Part shown: positions 54,269 to 64,000 of the stretch, one piece after another
How the letters are laid out: each line of letters starts with the position of its first letter
Position numbering within the stretch: position 1 is the first letter of the stretch
Origin: an uncultured Gemmatimonadales bacterium
GTDB taxonomy: Bacteria; Gemmatimonadota; Gemmatimonadetes; Gemmatimonadales; Gemmatimonadaceae
Length of the DNA stretch: 64,000 nucleotides
Reading direction: 5' to 3'
Assembly: GCA_963850905.1 (NCBI GenBank)
Contig: CAWKMU010000003.1
Coordinates: forward strand, 704,001-768,000
Position numbers and translations under genes: made by a program
The notes under the pieces: generated by a model
Told to the model about the DNA's origin: nothing
The model's database searches: none
The model's input: only the letters and a program-made list of their open reading frames with translations

Positions 54269-56081
54269 ACCTGGCCGCCAACCCTTGCCCCGCCCCAAAG
54301 CCCCCGATCGAGACCGGCAACCGCCCGACAATGCTATTCACTCCCGCGAGCGCGTCAGCCGCCGCCACCTGCGAAACCGGGAGACCACCCCACGCCACCA
54401 GGTACGTCGGGATCGCGGGGACCTGCGTGAGGAAGTAGGGGTTGCCGAACGCGATCACGACGGGTCGCGTGTGGCGAGTCGCCAGTTGCGTGACGAAGCT
54501 CGTGATCAGCGCCGGAGCATTCAGGGTCGTTGCATGGTCGCTCTGCCCAATGTACACGCCGACGACGGTCACGGCAGCCGAATCCGCCTCCTCCAGCACG
54601 CGCAATGGCTTGTCGCCCGGGTCATCAGCATCAATGAATTCCATGCGCGTGTCCCGGAAGCTCTTCCGCAGCTCCGTCGCGAAGGCCACCCCCGCCGCCA
54701 GGTCGGGGCGATGCGCGATCGTCACGCTCAACACGCGCGCGCTAAGCGGAATCGTCAACGGCACCGAGTGGAGCGAATCCTTCACGAGCGTGATGGATCG
54801 ATTGGCGACCGTCTGCGCAAACGCCTTGTTGGCCGAGTCACCGACGACGGCGCGTACTGAATCCACGTCGACGAGGCGGTGCCGATCGAGACCCATCGCC
54901 GCCTTGAGATCGAGGATGCGCTTGACCGCGCTGTCGACCCGGCCCTCGGAGTAGCGGCGCTCCGTGACCCCCGCCACGATCGCGTCGATCGCCTGGTCGA
55001 CATCGACCACCTGGATCAACACATCGGCACCGGCCGCGACGGCACCCTTGATGGACTCGTCGGTGCCGAAGTGGTCCAGGAGCGCACGCATGTCCATGGC
55101 GTCGGACACGACGAGCCCCGAGAAGCCCAGCTGGTGCCGCAGGAGACCGGTGAGAACGGGGCTCGACAACGTGCCGGGCGTGCCCGTCGAATCGAGCGCG
55201 GGCATGGAGCCATGAAACGTCATCATGGCTCCGACGTGCGACGCAATCGCCGCCTCGAACGGGACCAGCTCGACGCTGTCGAGCCGCGCCCGCGACGCAC
55301 TGACGACGGGCAGGCCCAGATGCGAGTTGACGTCCGTGTCGCCGTGCCCGGGGAAATGCTTCCCCGTCGCGATCATCCCGTGTTCCTGGACGCCGCGTAT
55401 GAACGCGCGCCCGAACGCCGCGACCATACGCGGGTCTTCCCCGTACGACCGGGTGTTGATGACCGGGTTATTCGGATTGTTGTTGACGTCGAGAACCGGC
55501 GCAAAGTCGATGTGGATCCCGAGTGCGCGTCCCTCGATCGCCGTGATCCGACCTTCCTCGTACGCCAACGACGTGTCCCCCGTCGCCCCAAAAGCCATCT
55601 GTGGCGGAAACACCGTCGCCCCACCCAGATCAATCGCGTTGGGGACGAAGTACCCGCCGCGCGCGCGCATCCCGGCCCCGTACTCGAGGTCGCTCGATAC
55701 GAGCAGCGGGAGCGGCGCGAGGCGCTGCAGCGCGTTGAGCTTGAGCGCGATCTCGTCGGGCGACCCGACTGACATCAGGAGCCCGCCGACGCCATCGTCT
55801 GCCACCGCGTGCCTCAGCCTTCGCCACGCCAGCGCATCGGTCGTGACATAGTCACCGAACAGGTTGGGCCACACCATCTGCGCCGCCTTCTGCCGCAGCG
55901 TCAGCGTCGCCAGCACGGAGTCGGACCAGCCCGCGCGAGGCGGCCGCGCGAGAGCGGTCGGCCCCCCGACCGGCGTCGGTGGCGTACCGGGTCCTTTGTG
56001 GTGGCTGGTGCATGCCGCAGGTGCGAGTGCCGTCAGAGCGGCGAGGCCCGCACAGGTGACTCTCGAGCGACCCTGTCGCAT
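54267..56081 (-). CDS. GH3 beta-N-acetylhexosaminidase (two-domain); start uncertain
   Basis: KHFPGHGDTDVNSH, FAPVLDVN, SDAMDM and FGNPY. Confidence 0.92.
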   Translation of the reverse strand: MRQGRSRVTCAGLAALTALAPAACTSHHKGPGTPPTPVGGPTALARPPRAGWSDSVLATLTLRQKAAQMVWPNLFGDYVTTDALAWRRLRHAVADDGVGGLLMSVGSPDEIALKLNALQRLAPLPLLVSSDLEYGAGMRARGGYFVPNAIDLGGATVFPPQMAFGATGDTSLAYEEGRITAIEGRALGIHIDFAPVLDVNNNPNNPVINTRSYGEDPRMVAAFGRAFIRGVQEHGMIATGKHFPGHGDTDVNSHLGLPVVSASRARLDSVELVPFEAAIASHVGAMMTFHGSMPALDSTGTPGTLSSPVLTGLLRHQLGFSGLVVSDAMDMRALLDHFGTDESIKGAVAAGADVLIQVVDVDQAIDAIVAGVTERRYSEGRVDSAVKRILDLKAAMGLDRHRLVDVDSVRAVVGDSANKAFAQTVANRSITLVKDSLHSVPLTIPLSARVLSVTIAHRPDLAAGVAFATELRKSFRDTRMEFIDADDPGDKPLRVLEEADSAAVTVVGVYIGQSDHATTLNAPALITSFVTQLATRHTRPVVIAFGNPYFLTQVPAIPTYLVAWGGLPVSQVAAADALAGVNSIVGRLPVSIGGFGAGQGLAAR

Positions 56082-56271
56082 CGAGCTCACGAACGTCCGT
56101 CTCAAACGCATATCAGGTAAAGGACGGCTCACGCGCCAATAGGAGACAAAATTCCGCTCCACCTCAACTGGTGTCTCCTCTCTCCTTCCAGCGCCGGCCA
56201 ACCGCCCGCCGCACCTCGTCGCCCATCGAGGTTGTTTTCCAAGGTCCAACGTCTAGCGTCTAACGCTTCGC

Positions 56272-56550
56272 TTACCAGTTGATCGTGCCTTGCTTCGATG
56301 TGTCCACATCCTCTTCGTGACCGGTCTTGAAGAGGAACGCCTCGAGATTCTTCGTCAGAAACGCGCGCGCCTGCGGATCCATCACGTTGAGGCCATAGTG
56401 ATTGATGAGCATGGTCTGCTGGCGGACCCACTGGGCCCAGCAATCCTGACAGATCTCGCCCACGATCCGGGCACCAATCGGGCCAGGGAACGGCGCACGC
56501 GCAAACGCCGCACGCGTCTGGCCGCAGCGGGAGCAGGTGATGTCAGACAT
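56272..56550 (-). CDS. Fe(II)-trafficking / oxidative damage protection protein (YggX family)
   Basis: PFPGPIGARI..EICQDCWAQW..QQTMLIN. Confidence 0.88.
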   Translation of the reverse strand: MSDITCSRCGQTRAAFARAPFPGPIGARIVGEICQDCWAQWVRQQTMLINHYGLNVMDPQARAFLTKNLEAFLFKTGHEEDVDTSKQGTINW

Positions 56551-56592
56551 GCGGATGAAAGGTAGCGGCTCGTGATGAGTAGGGCGCGGAGA

Positions 56593-56763
56593 CTGAACGG
56601 CGGGGCCAAGGGTCAGGGGCCAGGGATCGGGGAACAAAATCGAAAGGCCGGTCACAGTGCATAGTGACCGGCCTTGGACCGGTAGGGGCGACGCATTGCG
56701 TCGCCCGTTGTTGTCGTTGCGGTTGTCGTTCCCTGACCCCTGACCCCTGACCCCGCCGTTCAC
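56593..56763 (+). repeat. Complete modular intergenic element
   Basis: TIRs CTGAACGGCGGGG / CCCCGCCGTTCAC, hairpin 56644-56675 and REP 56682-56706; the right TIR contains the desaturase stop. Confidence 0.92.
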
Positions 56764-57509
56764 GCCCTCGCGTACTTCACCTTCGCCAACCGGATCCAAG
56801 ACAGCAGTTTGATGTACACCCACCCGATGTCGAACTCGTACCACTTCGCGGCGAACTTGGCAGAGTGGGGGTCGGCGTGGTGGTTGTTGTGCAGTTCCTC
56901 ACCACCGAGCCAGATCGCCACGGGCGAGATGTTCCGACTCTCGTCTTTGACCTCGAAGTTCCGGTAGCCGAGCGCGTGCCCGACGCCGTTGATGATCCCC
57001 GCCGCCCAGAACGGGATCCAGATCATCTGGATGCCCCACACCAGCGCGCCGACGAAGAAACCAAACAGGTAGAGGTCGATCGCCAACATCAGAAAGATGC
57101 CCAGGACGTTGCGCGGCTCGAGCAGGTGCCGCTCCAGCCAGTCATTGGGTGTTCCCTTGCCGTACTTCTCGAGGATGCCCGGTTGGCGAACCGCGTTGCG
57201 GTAGTAGAAAGCGCCCTTGATCACGATGTTGCGCAAGCCTTCGATCAGTGGACTGTGCGGGTCCCCCTCGCGATCTGCATAGGCGTGGTGCTTTCGATGG
57301 CACGCCACCCACTCCTTTGTCACGATCGACGTCGTCAGCCACAGCCAAATGCGCATCGGCACGGCGGCGACGGAGTGAAACACGACGCTGCGATGCGTCT
57401 GCGCCCGATGCAGGAAGAGCGTCACGCACACGTTGGTGAAGTGACCCGCCACCAGCACGAACAGCACGGGAATCCACCAATGTGACGCCCAACTGCCGAA
57501 TCCCGGCAT
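56760..57509 (-). CDS. Delta-9-type fatty acid desaturase
   Basis: His boxes HRAQTH, HRKHH and HNNHH. Confidence 0.93.
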   Translation of the reverse strand: MPGFGSWASHWWIPVLFVLVAGHFTNVCVTLFLHRAQTHRSVVFHSVAAVPMRIWLWLTTSIVTKEWVACHRKHHAYADREGDPHSPLIEGLRNIVIKGAFYYRNAVRQPGILEKYGKGTPNDWLERHLLEPRNVLGIFLMLAIDLYLFGFFVGALVWGIQMIWIPFWAAGIINGVGHALGYRNFEVKDESRNISPVAIWLGGEELHNNHHADPHSAKFAAKWYEFDIGWVYIKLLSWIRLAKVKYARA

Positions 57510-57689
57510 GTCAGTTACTCCAAAGTGAGTCACGCTGTGAGCTACGCCACGCGCCAAGCCGACACGAGCGTGCCGGCCGACGCATACATAAAACATACAC
57601 GGTCCCGGCAGCGATTGCACGGCGCCCGTGACCCCTTCGACGCCCAAATACCAGACGACTGAACCGCGTCGCCAAGCACGCCGACGCCG

Positions 57690-59186
57690 TCAGTCGATCT
57701 CGAGGGGCCGGGGGTCCCGCGTCAGCTCGTCGACCACGAGGACGGCGTGCGCGTTGGTGTCCGCGACACACACCGCACGATGGACGGGGTCGTACGCAAT
57801 ACCGCCGGGCTCATGCAGACCACGCAACCAGGTGTCAACGCGCCGCGTGACCGGATCGACCCACTTCACCGCGTCGTTGTAGGAGTCCGCCACGAGCAGC
57901 CGGCCGCTCGGATGCGCGGCGATGCCCTGCGGATGTTGTAATCGGACGGCATCGCCGACACCGTCCTTGTCACCAAAATCGAACAGTCCCGTCCCGACGA
58001 TCGTGTGCACCTCGCCGACCGCGCGCCCCGCGCGCCGCTCGTCGGGGATGAAGGAGCGTGCCGCGCTCGATTCCGCGTCCACGAAATAGAGTCGGTCCCC
58101 ATCGCTCGCCGTCGTGATGCCCATGGGTTGCGCCAACAGCGCGTCACCCGCGGGGCCATCCGTGATGTCTTCGGCGCCCGTGCCCGCGGCGACCTCCGCG
58201 CCGGCGTGCGCTTCCTCACCACGCAGCGCCCAGAGCTGGTGAGTGCCCGCCATCGCGATGTACACCGTCCCGTCGAGCACGGCGACATCCCACGGGGATG
58301 ACAGCGCGCCGGCCCCCCGCTCCCGACGCGTGCGCAACTGGTGCCCCGTCCCGGCGACGGTCCGCACGACTCCCGCACTGATATCGATCGCGCGCACGGC
58401 GTGATTCTCGGTGTCCGCCACGAACACGGTGTCCCCCACAAAGGCGAGACCGTTCGGCGAGAAGAACCGCGGCGCAGCGCCGTCGACGAGGCCAGGCACG
58501 CCGTCGCCAAACGCGCGCGCATCCGTCAATCGCCACCCCCGGTTCTCATCTCCGGGCGTGAGCCGGCCAACGAGCACGCGATGATGCCCAGTGTCGGCGA
58601 TCGCCATCCGCTCACCCGACACGGTGACCTTGCCGGGGTATCGCAACATGCCGGGCGGGATCGCGCTGTCATCGAGCGGGAACGTGACCGGCACGCGGCT
58701 CTCGTCCAGCCCGACGGGTTCCGCGCTGATCAACCGTTCGATCAGTGGCTCCAGCATGGCGGCCGTGAACTCGCCCGCATGCGCGCCGAGCACTCTGCCC
58801 GCGGGGTCGATCAGCACTAGTGTGGGCCAGGCACGCACCGCGAACGCACGCCAGATACGGTACTGTCGGTCGTTGACGACGGGATGCGCGAGATCAAGTC
58901 GTCGCACCGCTTCGCGGATGCGAGGGGTCTCACGCTCCGTGATGTACTTCCCGCTGTGTACGCCGATCACCGCGACGTCCTGCGGGAACTTGTGCTCGAG
59001 CTCCCGCAACTGCGGGAGTACGTGCAGACAGTTGATTCAGCCGTACGTCCAGAAGTCGAGCAGGACGACTCTGCCCCGGAACTCATCCAACGTGAGCGCT
59101 CGTCCGCCCGTATTTATCCAGTCGACGTTTGTCGGAAACGGTGGAGCGCGGACGGCTGGCGTCGTCAGGATGTCATCAGCAGCCAT
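57690..59186 (-). CDS. Thioredoxin-like + NHL-repeat protein (NHLRC2/SOQ1-like), probable selenoprotein with in-frame TGA at 59037-59039
   Basis: Reads [24 protein letters not shown] in one frame; GVHSGK, AWPT and NHL repeats follow. Confidence 0.88.
59001..59018 (-). promoter_or_regulatory. Candidate bacterial SECIS hairpin
   Basis: mRNA CUCCCGC-AGUU-GCGGGAG begins 18 nt after the UGA; G followed by U in the apical loop. Confidence 0.7.
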
Positions 59187-59451
59187 AGTGAAAAGATACA
59201 GCCCTGGACGGCTGGCGGCCCCAGAGCCTTTCGTCCACATCGCGAGGATCGCAGAAATTGACGAGGTGGCCCGGGCGCGTCCGTCGCTGGCATCACACGC
59301 CCGCGACGCGCAGCGCCCTGACGGCTGTCTGGCTTGGTCGTCGCAGTAGAGATCGCCGCGTGACGATGTTTCTTTAAGGTCTGTCCTGTGCCTTCCCCCC
59401 GCCCTCCCCTCATCTCGCTCCTTTCTCCGGCGCGCCGCGCCCGCGACCGCC

Positions 59452-60426
59452 GTGTCTGACCGAGGCCTCGCGCCCGCTGTCGTTACCGTCGCCGCCCTGG
59501 GAGCGGCGGTCGGGGCTCGTGCGGCCGCGAAACGGGCGTTCGAGGCCCGGGTGCTGGCACGGCTCCCCGTCGGGCCGGACGGGGTGATCCGGGGAGCGGA
59601 GGCCATCGATCTGCCATCGCCGCTCGCCGCTTCGCCCGCGGCCTTGCTGCTCCACGGATTTGGCGATACACCCCAAACGCTCACGTATCTCGCCGCCAGC
59701 CTGCATCAACGCGGGTGGTCGGTCCGTGCACCGCTGCTGCCGGGCCACGGGCGCACCATTGAGGCGTGGGCGCGGACGAGCGCGGACGACTGGTTGGGGG
59801 GTGCGCGGCAAGAATTCGCGGCGCTCCGCCGGACGCACAGCGTCGTCGCCCTGGTCGGTCTGTCCATGGGTGCCGCCCTGGCCGCCCTGCTGGCGGCCGA
59901 GACGCCGCCCGGGCGGGCCAGCGGCACCGGGGGCGCGAGCGCCGACCAGGGGTCCACCTGCTGCCTCGCGCTGCTCGCCCCTTACCTTGCTCTCCCAGGA
60001 TGGGTTCGATTAGCCGCCGCCGGATACCCGCTCGTGGGTGCGTTGATGCCGTACCTCAGCGCGGGCGGGGGGTTTTCGATCCTCGACCCCGCCGAGCGAG
60101 CACGCAGCCTGGCGTACGGCGCCACGACTCCTCGGCTCATTCACGAACTCGGGAAGATCGCGCACGCCGCGTGGACTGCGCTCCCCGCGATCAGCCTTCC
60201 GACACTGCTCGTGCAATCACACGCTGACAACCGCACCACGCCCTTGGTCGCCGAGCGCGCCATGCAACGCCTCGGAGCCACGGAGAAACGACTGGTGTGG
60301 ATCGACGACGGGGGACACGTGATCACCGTCGATCACGGACACGCCGCAGTCTCTACGTGCGTGGGCGAATGGTTGGACGAGCACCTCCCCTCGACAGCGC
60401 GAGCCCGCACGGCGCGGCCAGCGTGA
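59452..60426 (+). CDS. Alpha/beta hydrolase (carboxylesterase/monoacylglycerol-lipase-like)
   Basis: LLHGF, LPGHG, GLSMG and GHVITVD. Confidence 0.9.
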   Translation: MSDRGLAPAVVTVAALGAAVGARAAAKRAFEARVLARLPVGPDGVIRGAEAIDLPSPLAASPAALLLHGFGDTPQTLTYLAASLHQRGWSVRAPLLPGHGRTIEAWARTSADDWLGGARQEFAALRRTHSVVALVGLSMGAALAALLAAETPPGRASGTGGASADQGSTCCLALLAPYLALPGWVRLAAAGYPLVGALMPYLSAGGGFSILDPAERARSLAYGATTPRLIHELGKIAHAAWTALPAISLPTLLVQSHADNRTTPLVAERAMQRLGATEKRLVWIDDGGHVITVDHGHAAVSTCVGEWLDEHLPSTARARTARPA

Positions 60427-60447
60427 CTCAGTGAGCTAACCACCAAC

Positions 60448-61550
60448 GTGACCATACAGATCGGAATTCTGACGGAGACCACGCACCGCGAACGGCGAGT
60501 TGCCCTGGTCCCCGATGGCGTGCGCACGCTCGTGCGCGCCGGATGCGCCGTCCGCGTGCAACGCGGCGCTGGACGCGCCGCGTACGTCACCGACGAGGCT
60601 TACGCGGACGCCGGTGCGACGCTGTTGGACGACGCCGCGCAGGTGCTGCAGGACGTGGACGTCCTCGCCAAAGTGCAACCGCCGACGGCGCAGGAAATCG
60701 GCGCGCTCCATAGCGGCGCCGTCATCGTGTCGTTGCTCGCGAACACCCCGGTTGCCGACCTCGGTTCCGCGCTCACGCAGAGCGGCATCACCCTGTTGGC
60801 GCTGGAACGCGTGCCGCGCATCACGCGCGCCCAATCAATGGACGTGCTGTCGTCGCAGAGTACCGTCGCGGGATACAAAGCGGTCCTGCTCACCGCCGCC
60901 GAGCTGCCGCGCCTCTTCCCCATGCTCACCACCGCCGCCGGCTCGCTCGCGCCGGCCAAGGTCTTCGTCCTGGGCGCCGGCGTCGCAGGACTGCAGGCCA
61001 TCGCGACCGCCCGCCGCCTGGGCGCAGTCGTGAGTGCGTTCGACGTGCGCGCGGTCGCGCGCGAACAAGTCCAGAGTCTGGGCGCCACCTTCGTCGCGGC
61101 GGATGCCCTGAGCCAGGACGGAGAAGGCGCGGGCGGCTATGCTCGCGAGCAAACCGCCGATCAGCAACGCCGCACGGCCGACGCGATCGCGCGCCACGTG
61201 GCCGACATGGATGCCGTCATCACGACGGCGCAGGTCCCCGGCCGGCCGGCACCGCGACTCCTGACGGCCGACATGGTCAAGCGCATGCGACCAGGGTCCG
61301 TCATCGTCGACCTGGCGTCCGAAACCGGCGGCAATTGCGAGCTCACGCGCCCAGGCGAGACCGTCGAAGTCGGCGGCGTGCGGATCATCGGGCCCATCAA
61401 CCTGGCCAGCACGGTGCCGTTTCATGCCAGCCAGAATGTTCAGCCGCAACGTCGTCACGCTGCTGCGCCACCTGATCACCGATGGGGCCCTGAAAATCGA
61501 TCCGACCGACGAGATTGTGAGCGCGATGCTCGTCGGCGCGCCAGGTGTAA
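60448..61550 (+). CDS. pntAA: NAD(P) transhydrogenase alpha subunit part 1, frameshift near 61436
   Basis: ERRVALVP, RAQSMDVLSSQ and GAGVAGLQA; the true C-terminus MFSRNV...GV-stop is in the next frame. Confidence 0.9.
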
Positions 61551-61602
61551 GCCCTCAACCCTCGGCCGCTCAGTAGACCCACCGACCGCAGGAGGATATG
61601 GC

Positions 61603-61992
61603 ATGTCGAGTATGAGTCTCGTGCAGCTGACCATCACGATGACCGAGCTGTCGGTCTTCGTGTTGGCTGGCTTCCTGGGCTACCAGATCGTGACCAAGGT
61701 CCCGCCCCTCGTGCATACGCCGCTCCTGTCGGCCACCAACGCGATCTGCGGCATCTCGATCGTCGGCGCCCTGGTGGAAGCGGGCGCGCATCAGACGATG
61801 ATCAGCACCATCCTCGGCGTCCTCGCGGTCACCGCCGCGATGATCAACATCGTTGGCGGGTTCCTCATGACCGACCGGATGCTGAACATGTTCCGGCCGA
61901 AGCAGAAGACGCCGCCGGCCGCGCCAGCCGCCGCATCCGGCCTCTCGCCCGACGCCGTCGCCGGCAACGGGCGCGCACCCGGAGCCGACTGA
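61603..61992 (+). CDS. pntAB: NAD(P) transhydrogenase alpha subunit part 2
   Basis: GGAGG RBS; VHTPLLSATNAI and NIVGGFLMTDRMLNMF. Confidence 0.9.
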   Translation: MSSMSLVQLTITMTELSVFVLAGFLGYQIVTKVPPLVHTPLLSATNAICGISIVGALVEAGAHQTMISTILGVLAVTAAMINIVGGFLMTDRMLNMFRPKQKTPPAAPAAASGLSPDAVAGNGRAPGAD

Positions 61993-61995
61993 ACA

Positions 61996-63380
61996 ATGCT
62001 ACGCACGGTCTTCATCGAGTCGACGTACCTCGCCGCGTCCATCCTGTTCATCCTAGGCATGCGCAGTATGACGCGCGCCGAAGGCGCGCGTCGCGGCATG
62101 CAGCAGGCCATGGTCGGGATGTTGTTGGCGATCATCGGCACCCTGTTCAACCACAACATCATCGATTTCCGCTGGATCGCCGTCGGGCTGATCGCCGGCG
62201 CCGTGCTCGGGTATCCGCTGGGCGCGATGGTGCAGATGACCGCCATCCCGCAGGCGATTGCGGTATCACACATGTTCGGCGCGATTGCCGCGACGTTGGT
62301 CGGCGTCGCCGAGTACTACAATGCCGCCGGCCATGTGTCCTCCGGCATCATGACTGGCACTCGGATTCGAGACACTGCTCGGGTCGCTCACCGTCACCGG
62401 CAGCTTCATGGCGTTCGGCAAGCTGCAGGGCATCGTCATTGATCGGCCATTCACGTTCAGGGGACAGAATGCGCTGAACCTGTCGCTGTTTGCCGTGACG
62501 CTCGCGATCTTCGGCTACCTGGTCGTGACGCCCACGCATCCGCCACTCTTCTACGCGATGCTCGGGTTGTCGCTGCTGATCGGCGTCTCCATGGTGCTTC
62601 CGATCGGCGGCGCGGACATGCCGGTGGTGATCTCCCTGCTCAATTCGTACGCGGGCCTCGCGTCCGCCGCGACCGGATTCGCCATCGGCAACAACGTCTT
62701 GATCATCGCCGGCGCGCTCGGCGGCGCCTCGGGCTTCCTCCTGTCCATCCTGATGAGCAAGGCGATGAATCGGTCGTTCGCCAACGTCCTGTTCGGCGCG
62801 TTCGGCACGCCCGCAGTCGGCATCGGCGACCAAGACGGCGACCGGCCTCACCGTCCACCCGATTAGTGCGGAGGACGCCGCGATGCGACTCGCTTACGCC
62901 GGCGAAGTCATCATCGTTCCGGGCTACGGCATGGCCGTCGCCCAATCCCAGCACCAGGTGCGCGAGCTCGCGGAGCAGATCGAAAAGCGCGGCGGCACGG
63001 TGAAGTACGCGATTCACCCCGTCGCCGGTCGCATGCCGGGACACATGAACGTTTTGTTGGCCGAAGCGAATGTGCCCTACGAGCGCCTGTACGACATGGA
63101 GGAGATCAACGCGGAGTTCGATCACGCCGATGTCGCACTCGTCATCGGCGCCAATGACGTCGTCAATCCCGCAGCGCGGACTGACCGCGCGAGCCCGATC
63201 TACGGCATGCCAATCCTCAACGCTGATCACGCCAAGAGCATCATCGTCCTCAAGCGCGGCATGAACCCCGGCTTCGCTGGAATCGAGAACGAGTTGTTCT
63301 ACGATCAGAAAACCAGCATGCTGTTTGGCGATGCGAAGGCGAGTTTGACGAAGCTCGTCGCGGAAGTGAAGAACGTCTGA
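61996..63380 (+). CDS. pntB: NAD(P) transhydrogenase beta subunit, two apparent frameshifts
   Basis: IGGADMPVVISLLNSY, AMNRS, PGYGMAVAQ and HPVAGRMPGHMNV across three frames (junctions near 62355 and 62830). Confidence 0.92.
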
Positions 63381-63385
63381 CGTAC

Positions 63386-63515
63386 GGGGTTGGGGGGTTG
63401 GGGTTTAGGGTAACGCAATAACACCGAGGGCCAGCGACGGTGATCCGTCGGTGGCCCTCGGTTCTTTTGCAGTTACCCCAAACCCCAAACCCTAAACCCC
63501 AGACCCGCAGTTCAG
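63386..63515. repeat. REP-less modular element with GGGGTTT-type heptamers
   Basis: G/T array 63387-63411, hairpin 63424-63461 (loop GGTGATCC), CCCCAAA array, ending CCCGCAGTTCAG over a stop codon. Confidence 0.88.
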
Positions 63516-64000
63516 GGCATTCCCCCAGGTCCGGTGCTTCCACCACCACTTGGCCCTCCACCACCTGGCTTCGGCGCATTCCCCGGGCGCGGCGGCTGCG
63601 GTGCGGCAGCAGGCCGCGGCGGTTGCGGCGGCGCGGCTGGGCGCGGTGCCGGCGGCGGCGCTGCGGGACGCGGTGCCGGCGGAGCAGACGTGGGACGCGG
63701 TGCCGGCGGAGCAGATGTGGGACGCGGCGGCGGCGCGGCTGGCTTTGGCATGACCGGACTGCCGGACGTCGAAGGCGCTGCACTCGGTTGATGATGCGTG
63801 ATGCGGTCCATCATGCCGCCTGCCATCTCGCCGAGCTTGTGCATCTCGTTGCGGACGTCGCCCGCCATTGTCGACGCGCGCGTCGTCATCAATGGTGCAC
63901 TCTTCGGCGCAGCGGCCTTGGGCGCTGCTTTGCGCTTCGGTGCGGCTTTGCGCTTCGGTGCAGCTTTGCGCTTCGGTGCAGCTTTGCGCTTGGCCGCTGG
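63512..64000 (-). CDS. Partial low-complexity protein (5' end outside window)
   Basis: Frame open to 64000; 18-bp repeats encode KRKAAP and 27-bp repeats encode PAPRPTSAP. Confidence 0.7.
   Translation of the reverse strand, partial: PAAKRKAAPKRKAAPKRKAAPKRKAAPKAAAPKSAPLMTTRASTMAGDVRNEMHKLGEMAGGMMDRITHHQPSAAPSTSGSPVMPKPAAPPPRPTSAPPAPRPTSAPPAPRPAAPPPAPRPAAPPQPPRPAAAPQPPRPGNAPKPGGGGPSGGGSTGPGGMP

Noticed and set aside
59037..59039. Nonsense mutation making a pseudogene
   Set aside because: The stop is TGA exactly at the catalytic Cys position with a SECIS-like hairpin downstream, so recoding is the better explanation.
60448..61992. Single fused 514-aa PntA
   Set aside because: The linker is out-of-frame nonsense. 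The conserved pntAA end lies in another frame with its own stop at 61550, and pntAB has its own RBS.
63387..63506. Telomere-like GGGTTTAGGG / CCCTAAACCC repeats
   Set aside because: They are short, internal, and just one variant of the mirrored heptamer arrays.

Overview
High-GC bacterial chromosomal segment. The gene mix (futalosine-pathway mqnD, split pntAA/pntAB/pntB, long Lhr, LVIVD/NHL lipoproteins) would fit a Gemmatimonadota-like organism; this is inference only. It holds about 55 CDS and no rRNA, tRNA or CRISPR that I can support. About a dozen single-base frameshifts in otherwise intact genes look like long-read consensus errors. Main points: (1) A REP-associated HUH/Y1 tyrosine transposase (RAYT, 429-1019) sits in 153-bp tandem REP arrays, and the same GTAG-REP recurs more than 15 times in the window. 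(2) Many intergenic gaps hold a modular nested-palindrome element: a short terminal inverted repeat (TIR) often overlapping a stop codon, mirrored heptamer arrays of varying sequence, a covarying hairpin with an 8-nt loop, and optional REP cargo from two families. (3) A thioredoxin-NHL gene split by the ORF track has an in-frame TGA in a UxxC motif followed by a SECIS-like hairpin, so it is probably a selenoprotein. (4) There is a phnX plus FAD-oxidase phosphonate module without phnW, and several odd proteins: a degenerate [FeFe]-hydrogenase-like domain, a chromosomal Rep-like protein, a PHM-like copper protein and an acidic/basic disordered protein.
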